Shown here piece after piece: positions 63,991 through 64,000 of a stretch of 64,000 bases of DNA (positions within the stretch are counted from its first letter, which is position 1; each line of letters opens with the position of its first letter). The notes under the pieces were generated by a model, which saw nothing but the letters and a program-made list of their open reading frames with translations, searched no databases and was not told where the DNA came from. The DNA is from Minisyncoccota bacterium (GTDB lineage: Bacteria; Patescibacteriota; Minisyncoccia; Phycocordibacterales; Zambryskibacteraceae), in NCBI GenBank assembly GCA_020059045.1, contig JAGVCW010000021.1:27821-91820 (forward strand). Direction: 5' to 3'. The position numbers and the translations under genes were made by a program.

Positions 63991-64000
63991 ACATGACTGG

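Noticed and set aside
1-64000. An alternative genetic code with UGA recoded, as in some CPR lineages.
   Set aside because: TGA terminates well-defined genes at the expected length (rpsJ at 7024-7026 and the ORF ending at 4422). No conserved gene shows in-frame TGA.
56200-64000. Calling the 56-64 kb region a prophage or a complete integrative element.
   Set aside because: No integrase, capsid, terminase or conjugation gene is recognisable in the window. Only att-like repeats, tRNA debris and orphan cargo are visible, so I report it as a hotspot and not as a defined element.

Overview
This 64-kb AT-rich window is gene-dense and looks like a Patescibacteria/CPR-type chromosome. That reading rests on small genes, many orphan ORFs, rpsE running straight into rplO with no L30 gene, Lys-rich tails on several r-proteins, and two giant surface proteins. 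TGA, TAA and TAG all end clear genes, so the code is standard. Part 1: the backbone is fusA, tuf and the S10-spc ribosomal-protein operon (rpsJ to rplO, then secY, adk, map). After it come ndk, a beta-CASP nuclease, infC-rpmI-rplT, ssrA and smpB, ftsH, an ABC exporter, recG, guaA and two tRNAs. Part 2: the operon is unusually broken up. (a) A 3.2-kb orphan block separates fusA from tuf. (b) A 4.3-kb block separates rplB from rpsS; it holds two divergent MYG1/UPF0160-like genes and two GC-rich orphans. (c) A roughly 500-nt GC-rich RNA gene with its own promoter and terminator sits antisense between rplE and rpsN. It carries RNase-P-like motifs in an atypical layout. (d) Thirteen operon spacers carry long hairpin elements; twelve fall into two sequence families. 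One element holds a 23S-IVS-type four-helix-bundle ORF exactly at its apex. The 58-64 kb end is a tRNA-Ser recombination hotspot. It contains an intact tRNA whose anticodon loop reads ACU, a decayed tRNA-Ser(GCU)-like 5' half, and a 27-bp att-like duplication. It also holds two copies of a composite module of about 420-460 bp. Each module carries tRNA-Ser debris plus a start-less coding fragment under apparent purifying selection, and each abuts a different orphan gene, one with an RNxxxH HEPN-like motif. Everything here comes from reading the sequence and ORF track by eye. No searches or folding programs were run, so RNA ends, family names and the functional ideas are hypotheses.
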